Positions 45,002-55,172 of a stretch of 64,000 bases of DNA are shown here, one piece after another. The DNA is from a virus (taxonomy: Duplodnaviria; Caudoviricetes). Position numbers and translations under genes: made by a program. The DNA lies in IMG/VR virus record IMGVR_UViG_3300014205_000170, positions 32,001-96,000 of that record; one strand, given 5' to 3'. The notes below the pieces were generated by a model, which saw only the letters and a program-made list of their open reading frames with translations, was not told the DNA's origin and ran no database searches. Position 1 is the stretch's first letter. Each line of letters opens with the position of its first letter.

Positions 45002-47656
45002 ATGGAAAAAGTAAGACAAGCAAAAAAATCTGAATTAGTAAAAGGCAGTTATGTACTAGTCGATTATAAAGGTGGTGGTATTGAAGCTGGTTTATTAAAT
45101 TATAATCCAAAAATTTATGGCATACAAGAAATAACATCTATTGATGAAAAAGGACACTATTGGCTTTCTTGTGGAAGTGGAATGACTCTCAAAGGGTTAA
45201 TGATACCAACTTCTGAAATGATTGAAGATTATGAAATTTTTATGCAATTTTGTGCTGTTGAGGAGAAAAAAAATCCTTCAGATTATAAAACTGCAGACGA
45301 ACAAGTTGACTATGTTACCAAAATCAGGAAAGCTGCAAGTAAAAAATTTCTTAAATTAAAAAGTTATCCTAACATTGAAAAAGAATGTAATAAGATTTTA
45401 GAGATAATGAAAGAAAACCAGGATTTCTTATGTAAAAAGGCTAACAGACCATTGTTGGCATATATAATGCTAAGATGGCAAAATTTATATTATGCTGGTC
45501 GTATTGTTTATGGTGAAGAAAAATATGGTTATCAATGTCAAAACAACCCGAAATATGAATTTGAGGGTATGGAAAACAACGAAACAAACGAAAGGTTTAT
45601 TTATGATGCATGGGGTGCTGGAATTGAAATGGAAAAAATGCTACCGGCAGAATTTCTAAAGAAGCATAAGCGTTCGCGCTCATCAAGTATGGAACAATTT
45701 AATGAAGCTGATTTTGACGAACTTTCTTCTTATTACAATCAGAATGATGAATTCACTAAGTTGTTATACAAAAAGAATAAAACCATGAATGATTGGTATT
45801 CTCTTCTTGGAAACAAAAATCATCGCTATCATTCTTTATATCAAACGAAACACTCCATTGATAATCACTTGCTATGTGTTATAGGAAATGGTTACAGCTG
45901 GAATAAAGATGGTTTTATTTCTAACAATGGTCCTTCTGGCGAAGATGAAGTGGATTTTGGGAAATTTCCAATGTTAAAAGGAAATTCTAAAGGTGAAGGT
46001 TTAAAAATTGAACAAAAAGTAAATAAAATTCTTACACAAAGTTTTGTGCAGGATTGTTTAAACAATGCTAAGAAAAAACATTTAGAGACAATAGCTCAAA
46101 ATACAAAAAAAGATTTATCTAGTTCTTTAGATTTAGGACATCATATGATTGACTTAGTGTTTGGTAAAAAAAGCAAATCAAAAACTTTTTTCAAACCACA
46201 TAAAATTATTGTAGAACTTGAAAATAAAACATTCAACACTTTCAAAAAGAAAAAAGAAATACAAAAACTTTCTAAACGATTCAATGAATTGCGTACAAAT
46301 TTATTGAAACGTATGCCAAAAAATTTAAATACTGTTGAACAAGGAAAGTGGCAATCTAAAAATTCTACTCCAGAATACAAAGAACTCACAACAAAGCTTT
46401 CTCAATTTTATAGTCAATTAACAAAATTGGTAAAAGAAAAATTTTCCACATTAAAACTTAGTGGCGAACAAATAAGAGACATTGAGGTTTTCAACAAGAA
46501 AGCTATGAGTGATTTTTTAAATTCCGCAGAATATAAAAAAATGTTTGGAGACAGAAAGAAAACCAAACAAGTAGATTCTGAGTCTGGTAACTACTATCCT
46601 TTGTCTAGGTATTCTGCAATGCTTAAAATGCCAAAAAATGTACATTCTTCTTATGTTAAAGCTGCAATAAATATTTGTTTAAACATAGTTAAATATTCTA
46701 AAGTAGAAGCAGAACAAAGCGAAGACAACAAAGAGAGAACGCTCGACAATATTGCAATAGCAAAAAAATTCTTGAGTGAAAATGGATATTCAGAATATAA
46801 AAAGGATTTACCAAAAACAGTAAACAAGTACTCTATTTTAAAACAAATACAAATACAATTTAAACCTATATTAAAACTTTATCCGGCAGCAAAAAAAACA
46901 AATGTATATGAACAAGAATTAAATAGTTCTAATCTCTATTTAAATGATACTAAAAAAAATGAATATGCTGATGATAATATTTATTGTAACATCAAAATAC
47001 CATCCTCAGATGTTGTTAATGGAATTTCAAATAATGTTGAGTTTTTAACAGGAACTAAAATATACACGCCAATTAAACAATTTTTAGAAAATTTAAAAAA
47101 CATCAAAGATATTAAAGCAATCTTTTTCTATGTTGATAATATAAAAAACAACAACAAAGAATCTTGTCAAATAACAATTGAAATAAAAATTACCGGCAAA
47201 CAATATCATTTCGATGATAACCTAAAGTGTGAAAAAGAATTTGTTGAGCAAGGATTTTTGCTTGGCCACCACACAATGGCGTTAGAATTAGAAGATTATT
47301 TCTTAACTACTCAAAAATCAATAACGCTTGGAAGTACACATCCACACAACATAGATGGTAAACAATATTTTAGTAATTCCCAATCTTTTGATGTATATGA
47401 TAAAAATTGGATTTTACTAGATTCTTATCGAATCGATGAACGTAAGTGTAATCTATTTTATGGCGGAAGCAAAAGCGAATTAACCACATGGTTAACAGAA
47501 CAACATGCAACTATGAAAGGTAGCGATAAAGATTATGGCACATATGATTCAACTAAAACAAATAATAATGGTAAAGACGGTAAGAAATGTCTTTACTCAC
47601 ACGATTTTATGTTGTGGTTAAAAGAACATCAACCAGTATCTCAAAAAAATGGATAG
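45002..47656 (+). CDS. large hypothetical protein (884 aa)
   Basis: long ORF, no motif recognised. Confidence 0.9.
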   Translation: MEKVRQAKKSELVKGSYVLVDYKGGGIEAGLLNYNPKIYGIQEITSIDEKGHYWLSCGSGMTLKGLMIPTSEMIEDYEIFMQFCAVEEKKNPSDYKTADEQVDYVTKIRKAASKKFLKLKSYPNIEKECNKILEIMKENQDFLCKKANRPLLAYIMLRWQNLYYAGRIVYGEEKYGYQCQNNPKYEFEGMENNETNERFIYDAWGAGIEMEKMLPAEFLKKHKRSRSSSMEQFNEADFDELSSYYNQNDEFTKLLYKKNKTMNDWYSLLGNKNHRYHSLYQTKHSIDNHLLCVIGNGYSWNKDGFISNNGPSGEDEVDFGKFPMLKGNSKGEGLKIEQKVNKILTQSFVQDCLNNAKKKHLETIAQNTKKDLSSSLDLGHHMIDLVFGKKSKSKTFFKPHKIIVELENKTFNTFKKKKEIQKLSKRFNELRTNLLKRMPKNLNTVEQGKWQSKNSTPEYKELTTKLSQFYSQLTKLVKEKFSTLKLSGEQIRDIEVFNKKAMSDFLNSAEYKKMFGDRKKTKQVDSESGNYYPLSRYSAMLKMPKNVHSSYVKAAINICLNIVKYSKVEAEQSEDNKERTLDNIAIAKKFLSENGYSEYKKDLPKTVNKYSILKQIQIQFKPILKLYPAAKKTNVYEQELNSSNLYLNDTKKNEYADDNIYCNIKIPSSDVVNGISNNVEFLTGTKIYTPIKQFLENLKNIKDIKAIFFYVDNIKNNNKESCQITIEIKITGKQYHFDDNLKCEKEFVEQGFLLGHHTMALELEDYFLTTQKSITLGSTHPHNIDGKQYFSNSQSFDVYDKNWILLDSYRIDERKCNLFYGGSKSELTTWLTEQHATMKGSDKDYGTYDSTKTNNNGKDGKKCLYSHDFMLWLKEHQPVSQKNG

Positions 47657-47897
47657 AAGCAAACTTATTGATAGAGCAAGGGAGTTAGGTGATAATTTAA
47701 ACCCTAAGTCATTATATGGATTTTTGTTTAAACAAAATCAGACACAACTTGAAGCGCTTTTGTTTGAAATAGCTCAACAAGCTAACACGAATGAAATTAC
47801 AAAAAAAGGAATGATTAAAACAGTTGGTTCTGAAATAGTAGAAATTTCACTATATTTGTTTCCTAATTTAACATTGGAAGATAAATACGAATCATAA
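47649..47897 (+). CDS. hypothetical protein
   Basis: ORF. Confidence 0.7.
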   Translation: MDRSKLIDRARELGDNLNPKSLYGFLFKQNQTQLEALLFEIAQQANTNEITKKGMIKTVGSEIVEISLYLFPNLTLEDKYES

Positions 47898-48166
47898 TGT
47901 CTTTTATATTACAACGACATATTTTTATAGAGAAATTTCCACATCCAGGATTAAAAAGTATTTTAGAAAACGAAAAGAAAGCTATTCTTGAACAAGATTA
48001 TGAAGCAGAGGCAACATATAGCGCTTTGGAAAGAAATTTTTACCGGCTCAAATTTGGATATGAAATTGCAAATGAACCAAAACCTTATAATATTTGTTGG
48101 GAGTTACAATCAATCTTAGAATTACTTAATAAAATTCAGAAAAAAATCAAATTTAGAAAAACATAA
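47897..48166 (+). CDS. EK-tag protein with UVR-like motif
   Basis: QRHIFIEK; KAILEQDYEAEA. Confidence 0.8.
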   Translation: MSFILQRHIFIEKFPHPGLKSILENEKKAILEQDYEAEATYSALERNFYRLKFGYEIANEPKPYNICWELQSILELLNKIQKKIKFRKT

Positions 48167-48168
48167 CC

Positions 48169-48432
48169 ATGGAAACAATAGCAATTAATGAAAAACTTAA
48201 ATGTTTAAATGACAAACCTTTAAAAGGTAATGATGTAGCGCCTCCCTTAAAAGAAGGTGAAAAATATTCAGCAAAAAATGTTATTAAATGTTCTTGTGGA
48301 AAAGAACACATTGATGTTGGCTTAGTGTCTGATTATAATTACATCACTTGTTATGATTGTAGTGAACAATTACCAGATGGAAATAAGATTCACTGGTGTC
48401 ATCCAAGTAGATTTGAAAAAGACACTGCATAA
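48169..48432 (+). CDS. zinc-binding hypothetical protein
   Basis: CSCG..CYDC..WCHPSRF. Confidence 0.75.
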   Translation: METIAINEKLKCLNDKPLKGNDVAPPLKEGEKYSAKNVIKCSCGKEHIDVGLVSDYNYITCYDCSEQLPDGNKIHWCHPSRFEKDTA

Positions 48433-48438
48433 TTAAAA

Positions 48439-48717
48439 ATGAGTACTACTGTTAAACGACAAGTGTTTGCCGAAAAATATCCACCTTTTGGTTTAAAACG
48501 CATTATAACACAGAAATTTGAAGCTGTTCGTTGTAAGAACTATGAATCTGCTGCAAAATACAGAGATGAAGAGGTTGATTATTATAAAAATAAATATGGC
48601 TACGACATAAGTCACACAACAGTAAGACCAAAGATTTCAATATGTGAACCTGAATTTATTGAAATGAGTCAGGAACTACAGGATTTTATTTTAAACCTTT
48701 TAAAAACAAACGAATAA
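48439..48717 (+). CDS. EK-tag protein with UVR-like motif
   Basis: KRQVFAEK; EAVRCKNYESAAKYRDEE. Confidence 0.8.
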   Translation: MSTTVKRQVFAEKYPPFGLKRIITQKFEAVRCKNYESAAKYRDEEVDYYKNKYGYDISHTTVRPKISICEPEFIEMSQELQDFILNLLKTNE

Positions 48718-49616
48718 TGAAAAAACTAAAACCAAATCTTTTTGATTTAACTCCGGCAGAAATAGAAACTTCCATTGCTATGTATGGTAAAGTAATTAAA
48801 TGCTTAATTGCTCCTTATCACAATATTACCAACATACCATTAGAGTCAAATGATGTGGTATATGTTTATCCGGAAAGGGATTTAACTATTCAACAAAGAA
48901 AGGAAATTGTTAGTGTGATGGCAAATTCTGACAAAACAGAAATTTGTTTTGTTACATCTGATGTTTTTATTATTCGCGACATGGTTGATTCTTGTACTCG
49001 CATTCTAACTCCAGATGGTGAATTGGCAGAAACTCCTGAAAAAACGTTTGCAGCCAATCATCATACAGTTTTACATAGTGTTTTATCAGATAAACATTAT
49101 GTAAAAAGAGCAAATGACGAAAAAGAAAAATCAATGAAAATTATTAATAAAGTTATTACAGATATAAATAAAGGTTCAATGACTAGGGCTGAATATGCAA
49201 AAACTAACACCATTATTGATAATATTGGAGAACAAATCATTAGTGGTAAATTAAAAGAAATGTTACGTGATGTAAATATCATCCAAGATGATTTCAAAAA
49301 AGACAGTTCCGGAGCAGTTGAATTTAACAAAGAAGAACTAAAATATTTAAAAGACCGTAGTTGGTTTAAAGAAAACTTATCAGTCAAAGAATGTTTAAAA
49401 CAACTTAGAGATACTACTCAGCAAGAAGAAAAAAAATTATCTTTGCTGGATGAATTGATTGGATTGTTATTAAAGACCCCCGAAGATAAAGAAGGTCTTA
49501 AAAAGCATAAAGAAGACAAGGAAACCCTTGAGGCTCAACTAAAACTAAGGCACAAGATAGAATATTGGCTTACAGAGCAAAAAGATAATGCAAAAATTCA
49601 AAATGTACTAAAGTAG
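48717..49616 (+). CDS. hypothetical protein with coiled-coil C-terminus
   Basis: 299-aa ORF. Confidence 0.8.
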   Translation: MKKLKPNLFDLTPAEIETSIAMYGKVIKCLIAPYHNITNIPLESNDVVYVYPERDLTIQQRKEIVSVMANSDKTEICFVTSDVFIIRDMVDSCTRILTPDGELAETPEKTFAANHHTVLHSVLSDKHYVKRANDEKEKSMKIINKVITDINKGSMTRAEYAKTNTIIDNIGEQIISGKLKEMLRDVNIIQDDFKKDSSGAVEFNKEELKYLKDRSWFKENLSVKECLKQLRDTTQQEEKKLSLLDELIGLLLKTPEDKEGLKKHKEDKETLEAQLKLRHKIEYWLTEQKDNAKIQNVLK

Positions 49617-49625
49617 GAACACTAT

Positions 49626-50237
49626 ATGAAAATATCAAAAGGAGCAAAACAATTCTTAAATTACGCAAAAAAAGAATGTGATAAAAATGGCATTGACCTT
49701 GTAGTTTATGATGGTAAAGAAATACCAAACTTAAGATGTTTAGGTTTCTTTAGTGAGTATGAAATGCAATTGGGTGTTGCTATGGGTGTTCCGGAAAACA
49801 ATTGGGTTTCCACTTTAGCTCACGAATTGTGTCATACAAAGCAATTTCTAGAAAACACAAAAGTTTGGAGAAATATTAAAATTGGCAACTATGATAAGGG
49901 CGAAATGTTTGATATGTGGATTGAGAAAAAGGTTGAACTTACCGAAATTCAGCGCAAAAAATACGTTAAAGCAATTATAGACCTTGAATATGATTGTGAA
50001 AAACGCACTGTGCAGCTCATAAAGCGTTTAAAACTTCCTGTTGATACCAAGGCTTATATAAGAGGTGCTGTCTCTTATCTTTGGTCTTATAAGGTTATGA
50101 GCGAAGTTCGTAAAGAACCCAAGGTATTCACCTATGAAATACCTCAATTATTAAAACAAATGCCTACTCAATTTCCAAAAAACCCTCACATTTTAACAAA
50201 AAAGACATTTGATATTTTAAAACAATACATGTATTAA
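49626..50237 (+). CDS. putative HExxH zinc metallopeptidase
   Basis: STLAHELCH and downstream LEYDCE. Confidence 0.7.
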   Translation: MKISKGAKQFLNYAKKECDKNGIDLVVYDGKEIPNLRCLGFFSEYEMQLGVAMGVPENNWVSTLAHELCHTKQFLENTKVWRNIKIGNYDKGEMFDMWIEKKVELTEIQRKKYVKAIIDLEYDCEKRTVQLIKRLKLPVDTKAYIRGAVSYLWSYKVMSEVRKEPKVFTYEIPQLLKQMPTQFPKNPHILTKKTFDILKQYMY

Positions 50238-50241
50238 GCCG

Positions 50242-50631
50242 ATGTTTAAAAAATTTAACATATCTTTTTTTAACAATAAAACCACTGTAAAGGTTAAAAC
50301 TTTTTTACACTTAATGCCAAAAGTAGAAAAGGCTCAAACCATACATGTTATAAGAACAAATAAAGCTGTTTACTATATATACAACATTGACTATTTACCT
50401 GGAACTAACGTAAATATTTGGATTGAGAGAAATGGAATTCCGATTTTAAGAGAAGAAATCATTGAAGAATCATGGGGTACTTTAGGAGGAGATTCTTTTA
50501 CTTCTTTTGTAATGAGTTGTTTGAACGAAACCAGATGGTATATTGGAAAATCCTACGAACATATTTTAGAGGACAGAAGAATATATGAACTTGACTATGT
50601 GGTATTAACTGAAAAATACCTACTTTTGTAA
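50242..50631 (+). CDS. EK-tag protein
   Basis: C-terminal YVVLTEK. Confidence 0.75.
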   Translation: MFKKFNISFFNNKTTVKVKTFLHLMPKVEKAQTIHVIRTNKAVYYIYNIDYLPGTNVNIWIERNGIPILREEIIEESWGTLGGDSFTSFVMSCLNETRWYIGKSYEHILEDRRIYELDYVVLTEKYLLL

Positions 50632-50657
50632 CAATTATAATAACAAAACGTTTAATT
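50627..50657 (+). promoter_or_regulatory. ECF-type promoter, class II
   Basis: TGTAAC 50627-50632, N16, CGTTTAATT from 50649. Confidence 0.75.
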
Positions 50658-50665
50658 TAAACCTC

Positions 50666-50884
50666 ATGAAAACTAAAAAAAGCAAGGAGCTTATTGATAT
50701 TGAAAAAGAAATCAATATTAAACAAAATGAGTTAGATGATATTATTGTTGAATTCAACCGGAACAACACTGAAGATGGTGAACTTTTAATAAAAAAATAT
50801 CGTGGGGAAATCAAAAAGTTAAACATCAAGAAATATGAAATTGAACAGAAAGACAATACTACTTACGACTTAGTTCAAGTTTAA
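50666..50884 (+). CDS. coiled-coil hypothetical protein
   Basis: ORF behind promoter. Confidence 0.7.
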   Translation: MKTKKSKELIDIEKEINIKQNELDDIIVEFNRNNTEDGELLIKKYRGEIKKLNIKKYEIEQKDNTTYDLVQV

Positions 50885-50897
50885 CACATTTCCAAGT

Positions 50898-52352
50898 ATG
50901 ACGCTAAATAAAAAGATATTTATAACAACAACATTGCCCTATGTGAATTCTATTCCGCACATTGGACATTCTCTTGAATTTATACAAGCAGATACTTTAA
51001 AGCGTTATCATAAAAGCATTTTAAATAGTGATGTTATTCTAAATGTTGGTTTGGATGAACATGGTTTAAAAGTTTTTACTAAAGCAAAGGAATTGGAAAA
51101 AACACCACAAGAATATTGTGATGAGCAAAGTAAAAATTGGATAGAATTCTGTGAAAAATTTAAAATTACTTACGATATATTTTATAGAACATCTTCTGAG
51201 GAACACAAAGTAAAAGTTCATACATTTTGGAATGAATGTTTAAATCGTGGTGATTTATATAAAAGAGAATATTCAGGGAAATATTGTGTAGGGTGTGAAT
51301 CTTTCAAAACCGATTCAGACCTTATCAACGGACGTTGCCCTGACCACAATGTAGAACCGGTTTATACAGCAGAAGAGAATTGGTTTTTTCGCATATCAAA
51401 ATACACAGAACATTTAACTCAATGGATTGAAAAAGAAGGAAAAAACTTTTTGACTCCACACTTGAAATTAAATGAATTAAAAAACATCATTGAAGGTGGT
51501 GTTGATATTTCAGTTTCAAGAAATAAAGATAATGTGCCTTGGGGTATACCAGTACCAAATGATAACACTCAAGTAATTTACGTATGGTTTGAAGCTTTGT
51601 GCAATTATTTGTTTGCATCTAATTATCTTGCTGGTGATGATGAAAATTATTGGAATGGTACAACTATTCAATTGTGTGGTCCGGACAATACTCGTTTTCA
51701 AGGTCACATTTTTCAAACACTTATTGCTTCTGCTCAAATAAAGCATACCACAAAACTTTTAGTTCATGGTACCATTTTAGATACCAATGGAAAAAAAATG
51801 TCAAAAACTTTAGGAAACGTTGTTGACCCAATAGAACAATTGAATAAATATGGACTGGATGCAGTTCGTTATTATACAATCAAAGGCATACATACTTGTT
51901 TAAATCACAATTGGAGTGAGCGCGAACTTGTAGATTTATACAATTCAGAACTGGCTGATGATTATGGGAATTTAATTGCAAGGACTTTACATTTAGTTGA
52001 TATAAAACGTTGTCCAATTGATGCGAGGTATGTAGAACCAAGTTTTAAAGAGGACATTGACAACAGATTGAGTGAAGTTAAAAACGAATGGCACAACCTC
52101 AACATAAACAAAGCCATTGAACTTACAATTTCTACTTTAAAATTTGGAAACAAATATTTAAACAATGCTCAGCCTTGGAATGAACCACATCTGTATACTC
52201 TTAATAATCTTTTTTATTTGTTGGAACAATGCACAAATTATTTAGAGCCGGTTATTCCGGATGGATGTGCATTAGCTCGTAAGTCTTTAAAAAACAAGAA
52301 AAAAGCAATAGTTTTTCCTAAAATAGTTGAAGAGTTAAAAGTTAATGTTTGA
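50898..52352 (+). CDS. metG: methionyl-tRNA synthetase
   Basis: ITTTLPYVNSIPHIGH, GLDEHG, YCVGCE knuckle, YVWFEAL, KMSKTLGN, DDYGNLIAR. Confidence 0.95.
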   Translation: MTLNKKIFITTTLPYVNSIPHIGHSLEFIQADTLKRYHKSILNSDVILNVGLDEHGLKVFTKAKELEKTPQEYCDEQSKNWIEFCEKFKITYDIFYRTSSEEHKVKVHTFWNECLNRGDLYKREYSGKYCVGCESFKTDSDLINGRCPDHNVEPVYTAEENWFFRISKYTEHLTQWIEKEGKNFLTPHLKLNELKNIIEGGVDISVSRNKDNVPWGIPVPNDNTQVIYVWFEALCNYLFASNYLAGDDENYWNGTTIQLCGPDNTRFQGHIFQTLIASAQIKHTTKLLVHGTILDTNGKKMSKTLGNVVDPIEQLNKYGLDAVRYYTIKGIHTCLNHNWSERELVDLYNSELADDYGNLIARTLHLVDIKRCPIDARYVEPSFKEDIDNRLSEVKNEWHNLNINKAIELTISTLKFGNKYLNNAQPWNEPHLYTLNNLFYLLEQCTNYLEPVIPDGCALARKSLKNKKKAIVFPKIVEELKVNV

Positions 52353-53049
52353 TAATTCATCTACAATAACAGATTCCACTAGAATGGTTTTGTTTGAAAA
52401 ATTTCATCCATTCATATCCACGATTTTAAAAAGCTTAGATTGTCCTTTAATGAATATGGAATTGTTTTTTTATAAAAATGATTTTATAGTTTATCAAGAA
52501 TCTCCTTATGCTGGAGAAAAGATATATGGTATCGATATGGTTTTGGTAAGAATTTTATATTTTGATATGTCTCGATTAAAATGGTTAGAAAATGAAGCCA
52601 CTTTTCCTGGAATAATATCAAGAAGCAATTGGCATTGGTTAGCAATGAATTATGCAGACCATTACATTGGAGAAAGAGGTGGTTACATTACAACTACCGG
52701 TTTATTATTTATTCATAAATCTTGTAAAAGTGAACTAATAAATGCTTTAATAAGTTTTAAAAAATATATAACTCATTACGGTACCACATTTAAAAGCATG
52801 AAAGATGTACTTATTTCAAGCCATTTACCCGTAAGAAAATGCAAAACACTTTATCATTTAAATAATAAAGAAGATAAAAATTTTATTTACAAAGTGGCGG
52901 ATGATGAACAATATAGATTTAATCAAACAAAAATAGAAGATTTTAAACGAGATGTTTTTAAATGGCAAGATGGTAAAAAAAATGTTATGATTGATTATGT
53001 GAATTTTGACCAGAAATCAAAATCTTTCACCAGAGGAATGTATGCTTAA
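52345..53049 (+). CDS. EK-tag protein
   Basis: TRMVLFEK. Confidence 0.8.
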   Translation: MFDNSSTITDSTRMVLFEKFHPFISTILKSLDCPLMNMELFFYKNDFIVYQESPYAGEKIYGIDMVLVRILYFDMSRLKWLENEATFPGIISRSNWHWLAMNYADHYIGERGGYITTTGLLFIHKSCKSELINALISFKKYITHYGTTFKSMKDVLISSHLPVRKCKTLYHLNNKEDKNFIYKVADDEQYRFNQTKIEDFKRDVFKWQDGKKNVMIDYVNFDQKSKSFTRGMYA

Positions 53050-53323
53050 ATTTATAAAAAAAATATTTTCTTTTAGTTGGATTAAGAAACTCAATAAAAC
53101 TATCATTGAAATACGACACATTGATAATAATGGAAGAAAATTATTGGCAACATTAGAGGCAATAGATAATATAGAGACTAGAGGCGTTTTAATTGAAAAA
53201 TGTAATTTCACAACTCCACTTCCTCCACACAATACCATATTAAGCTCTCAAGCTATTTTTACTTTTATTTTTAAAACTATTCCGGTTCATAATTACGTTT
53301 TAGGTCAACAAAAAAATGAATAA
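53042..53323 (+). CDS. EK-tag protein
   Basis: TRGVLIEK. Confidence 0.7.
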   Translation: MLKFIKKIFSFSWIKKLNKTIIEIRHIDNNGRKLLATLEAIDNIETRGVLIEKCNFTTPLPPHNTILSSQAIFTFIFKTIPVHNYVLGQQKNE

Positions 53324-53579
53324 TTATGATGAGAAAATATATAAATTACTTTCAACAGGAGATATACATAATAAAGTGCTGATTGAGAAAAAATTAGAAT
53401 TTCAAAAATACTGGATAAAAAGAGCTATCATTGAATATGATTCTCCAAAAAACCAAATATTAGGAGCAAGATGTATAAAAAATGCTTTTCCAAAATTAGG
53501 TTTGTTTTATATTAAACAATTTTTGGATAATCACACAAATATTAATTTATTGAAATTTATACAAGAAAATATTGAGTAA
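53316..53579 (+). CDS. EK-tag protein
   Basis: NKVLIEK. Confidence 0.75.
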   Translation: MNNYDEKIYKLLSTGDIHNKVLIEKKLEFQKYWIKRAIIEYDSPKNQILGARCIKNAFPKLGLFYIKQFLDNHTNINLLKFIQENIE

Positions 53580-53997
53580 AGTAAATTTCATACAAGAAAT
53601 TGTAGAACAACAAGAAAACATTCAAACACGTTCTATATTGTTGGAATTTAAAAAACAAAAGTTTCTTATTCAACCTCTTTCTGTTTGGCTTCAAAGCAAC
53701 TTTGATTATTTATCTGGGACTTTACGCAAAAAATATTTTACACATATAAATAAAAATGGCAAAAAGTCAACAAAAAAAGAAACCATAAAGCCACTCTTAG
53801 AAAGATATGGTTATACAGAATTAGAATTAGATTTTGTTGATTTACAAAGAATAAATCTTTCATCTTTAAGAGGTAATGGGAAAAAATTTGTCATTGATAT
53901 GATTGTCAAATATAAAATAGACCCTCCACAAAAGAAAATAGTTTATAGATTTCAAGGGAGTCAATCAACACGTTGGATTAGAATTTTTTATAAATGA
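53572..53997 (+). CDS. hypothetical protein with tag variant
   Basis: TRSILLEF. Confidence 0.7.
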   Translation: MSKVNFIQEIVEQQENIQTRSILLEFKKQKFLIQPLSVWLQSNFDYLSGTLRKKYFTHINKNGKKSTKKETIKPLLERYGYTELELDFVDLQRINLSSLRGNGKKFVIDMIVKYKIDPPQKKIVYRFQGSQSTRWIRIFYK

Positions 53998-54437
53998 TAA
54001 AAAACGATATAAATAAAAATCTATTTAAAGGCGTATTAATTGAAAAAAAATCTATTCATAATTCCGTTAAACATTTCGTATTATCATTATTTAATGACTG
54101 TACTTTATATAAATTTAAGGAGAAATCTGAAATGGACCCATCTATTTTCCTTTTAAAGGATAAAAATATATTTGCTCAAATAGAAATTTATGATAATGCG
54201 ATGTATTTTAATTATTCTTTAATAAGAGAGCATTTTAATCGTTATGATACACAAAAATATAATATCAAAATTATAACAAATGAAGTTATTCGATATTATC
54301 TCCAGAAACCAAACTTAACTATTATTCCTATCTCAACAATAAAAGGTTGGAAAAGAAATCAAAAATACATATTTCCAGAAGACTGCCTAATACATAGAGA
54401 CCTTCTTAAAAAAAGAATTGGTATATTTGATTTGTAA
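53994..54437 (+). CDS. EK-tag protein
   Basis: KGVLIEK; loosely similar to 40481-40933. Confidence 0.8.
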   Translation: MIKNDINKNLFKGVLIEKKSIHNSVKHFVLSLFNDCTLYKFKEKSEMDPSIFLLKDKNIFAQIEIYDNAMYFNYSLIREHFNRYDTQKYNIKIITNEVIRYYLQKPNLTIIPISTIKGWKRNQKYIFPEDCLIHRDLLKKRIGIFDL

Positions 54438-54463
54438 CAAAAAAGCTATAAATTCGTTTAAAT
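54433..54463 (+). promoter_or_regulatory. ECF-type promoter, class II
   Basis: TGTAAC 54433-54438, N16, CGTTTAAAT from 54455. Confidence 0.75.
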
Positions 54464-54466
54464 ATA

Positions 54467-54901
54467 GTGAGTCAAAAAGTCCAAAATATTAACACGAAAA
54501 CACCTCAGAATCAACCGGTTCAAAGAGGACCGCAATCAAAAATTCCATATGCTCTGAAGGTACTAGAAGATGCTTTAAGAAAAAATGAAGAAGAATTAAG
54601 GTTTTGGAAAAAGCATGTTCGCGTTTTTAGCTGGATGCGCTCTAGAAAAAAAGGTTTAGATAATCAAACAGTTAGTGTTGTTATTGCTTATAAGGATGGT
54701 TTTGGAAAGGAATTTTTATCTAAAGAATTTTTATTTCTAACTGCTCCAGATTTTTGTGAAAATTCTTTAGAATATTGTAAACACAATTTCATGGATTCTA
54801 TAACAAATATTCAGGCAGAAGGAAATGTTGGACCATGTGAAGATAGAATAAAACAAATTAAACAAGTTTTGGAAAAATTAAAAAATGTTGAAAGTTTATA
54901 A
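54467..54901 (+). CDS. hypothetical protein
   Basis: GTG start behind promoter. Confidence 0.75.
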   Translation: MSQKVQNINTKTPQNQPVQRGPQSKIPYALKVLEDALRKNEEELRFWKKHVRVFSWMRSRKKGLDNQTVSVVIAYKDGFGKEFLSKEFLFLTAPDFCENSLEYCKHNFMDSITNIQAEGNVGPCEDRIKQIKQVLEKLKNVESL

Positions 54902-55172
54902 AGATTGTTGTAAAAATTGTTTGTTAAGCCCAGACAGTATTGTAAGTCCTAAAAGACGTAAAGAAATAATCAATACTTGTGCTAAGAAACAATCATACTT
55001 TATTTGCCACAAAGCAAGCATGGATAACAAAGAAGTTGTGTGTAAAACATTTTATGATACTTTAGGACACATTTCTCAAATGGTTCGCATTGCACAACGG
55101 TTAAATGCTATTGAAGAAGTTGAACAACCAGAAGCAGAGAAATTACCTACTTATAAAGAAATGCAAAAATGA
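54885..55172 (+). CDS. Cys-rich hypothetical protein
   Basis: CKNC..FICHK..VCKTF. Confidence 0.75.
   Translation: MLKVYKDCCKNCLLSPDSIVSPKRRKEIINTCAKKQSYFICHKASMDNKEVVCKTFYDTLGHISQMVRIAQRLNAIEEVEQPEAEKLPTYKEMQK

Noticed and set aside
48717-49100. ABC/AAA ATPase call from YPERDL..FVTSD resemblance
   Set aside because: No Walker A or intact Walker B motif is visible.
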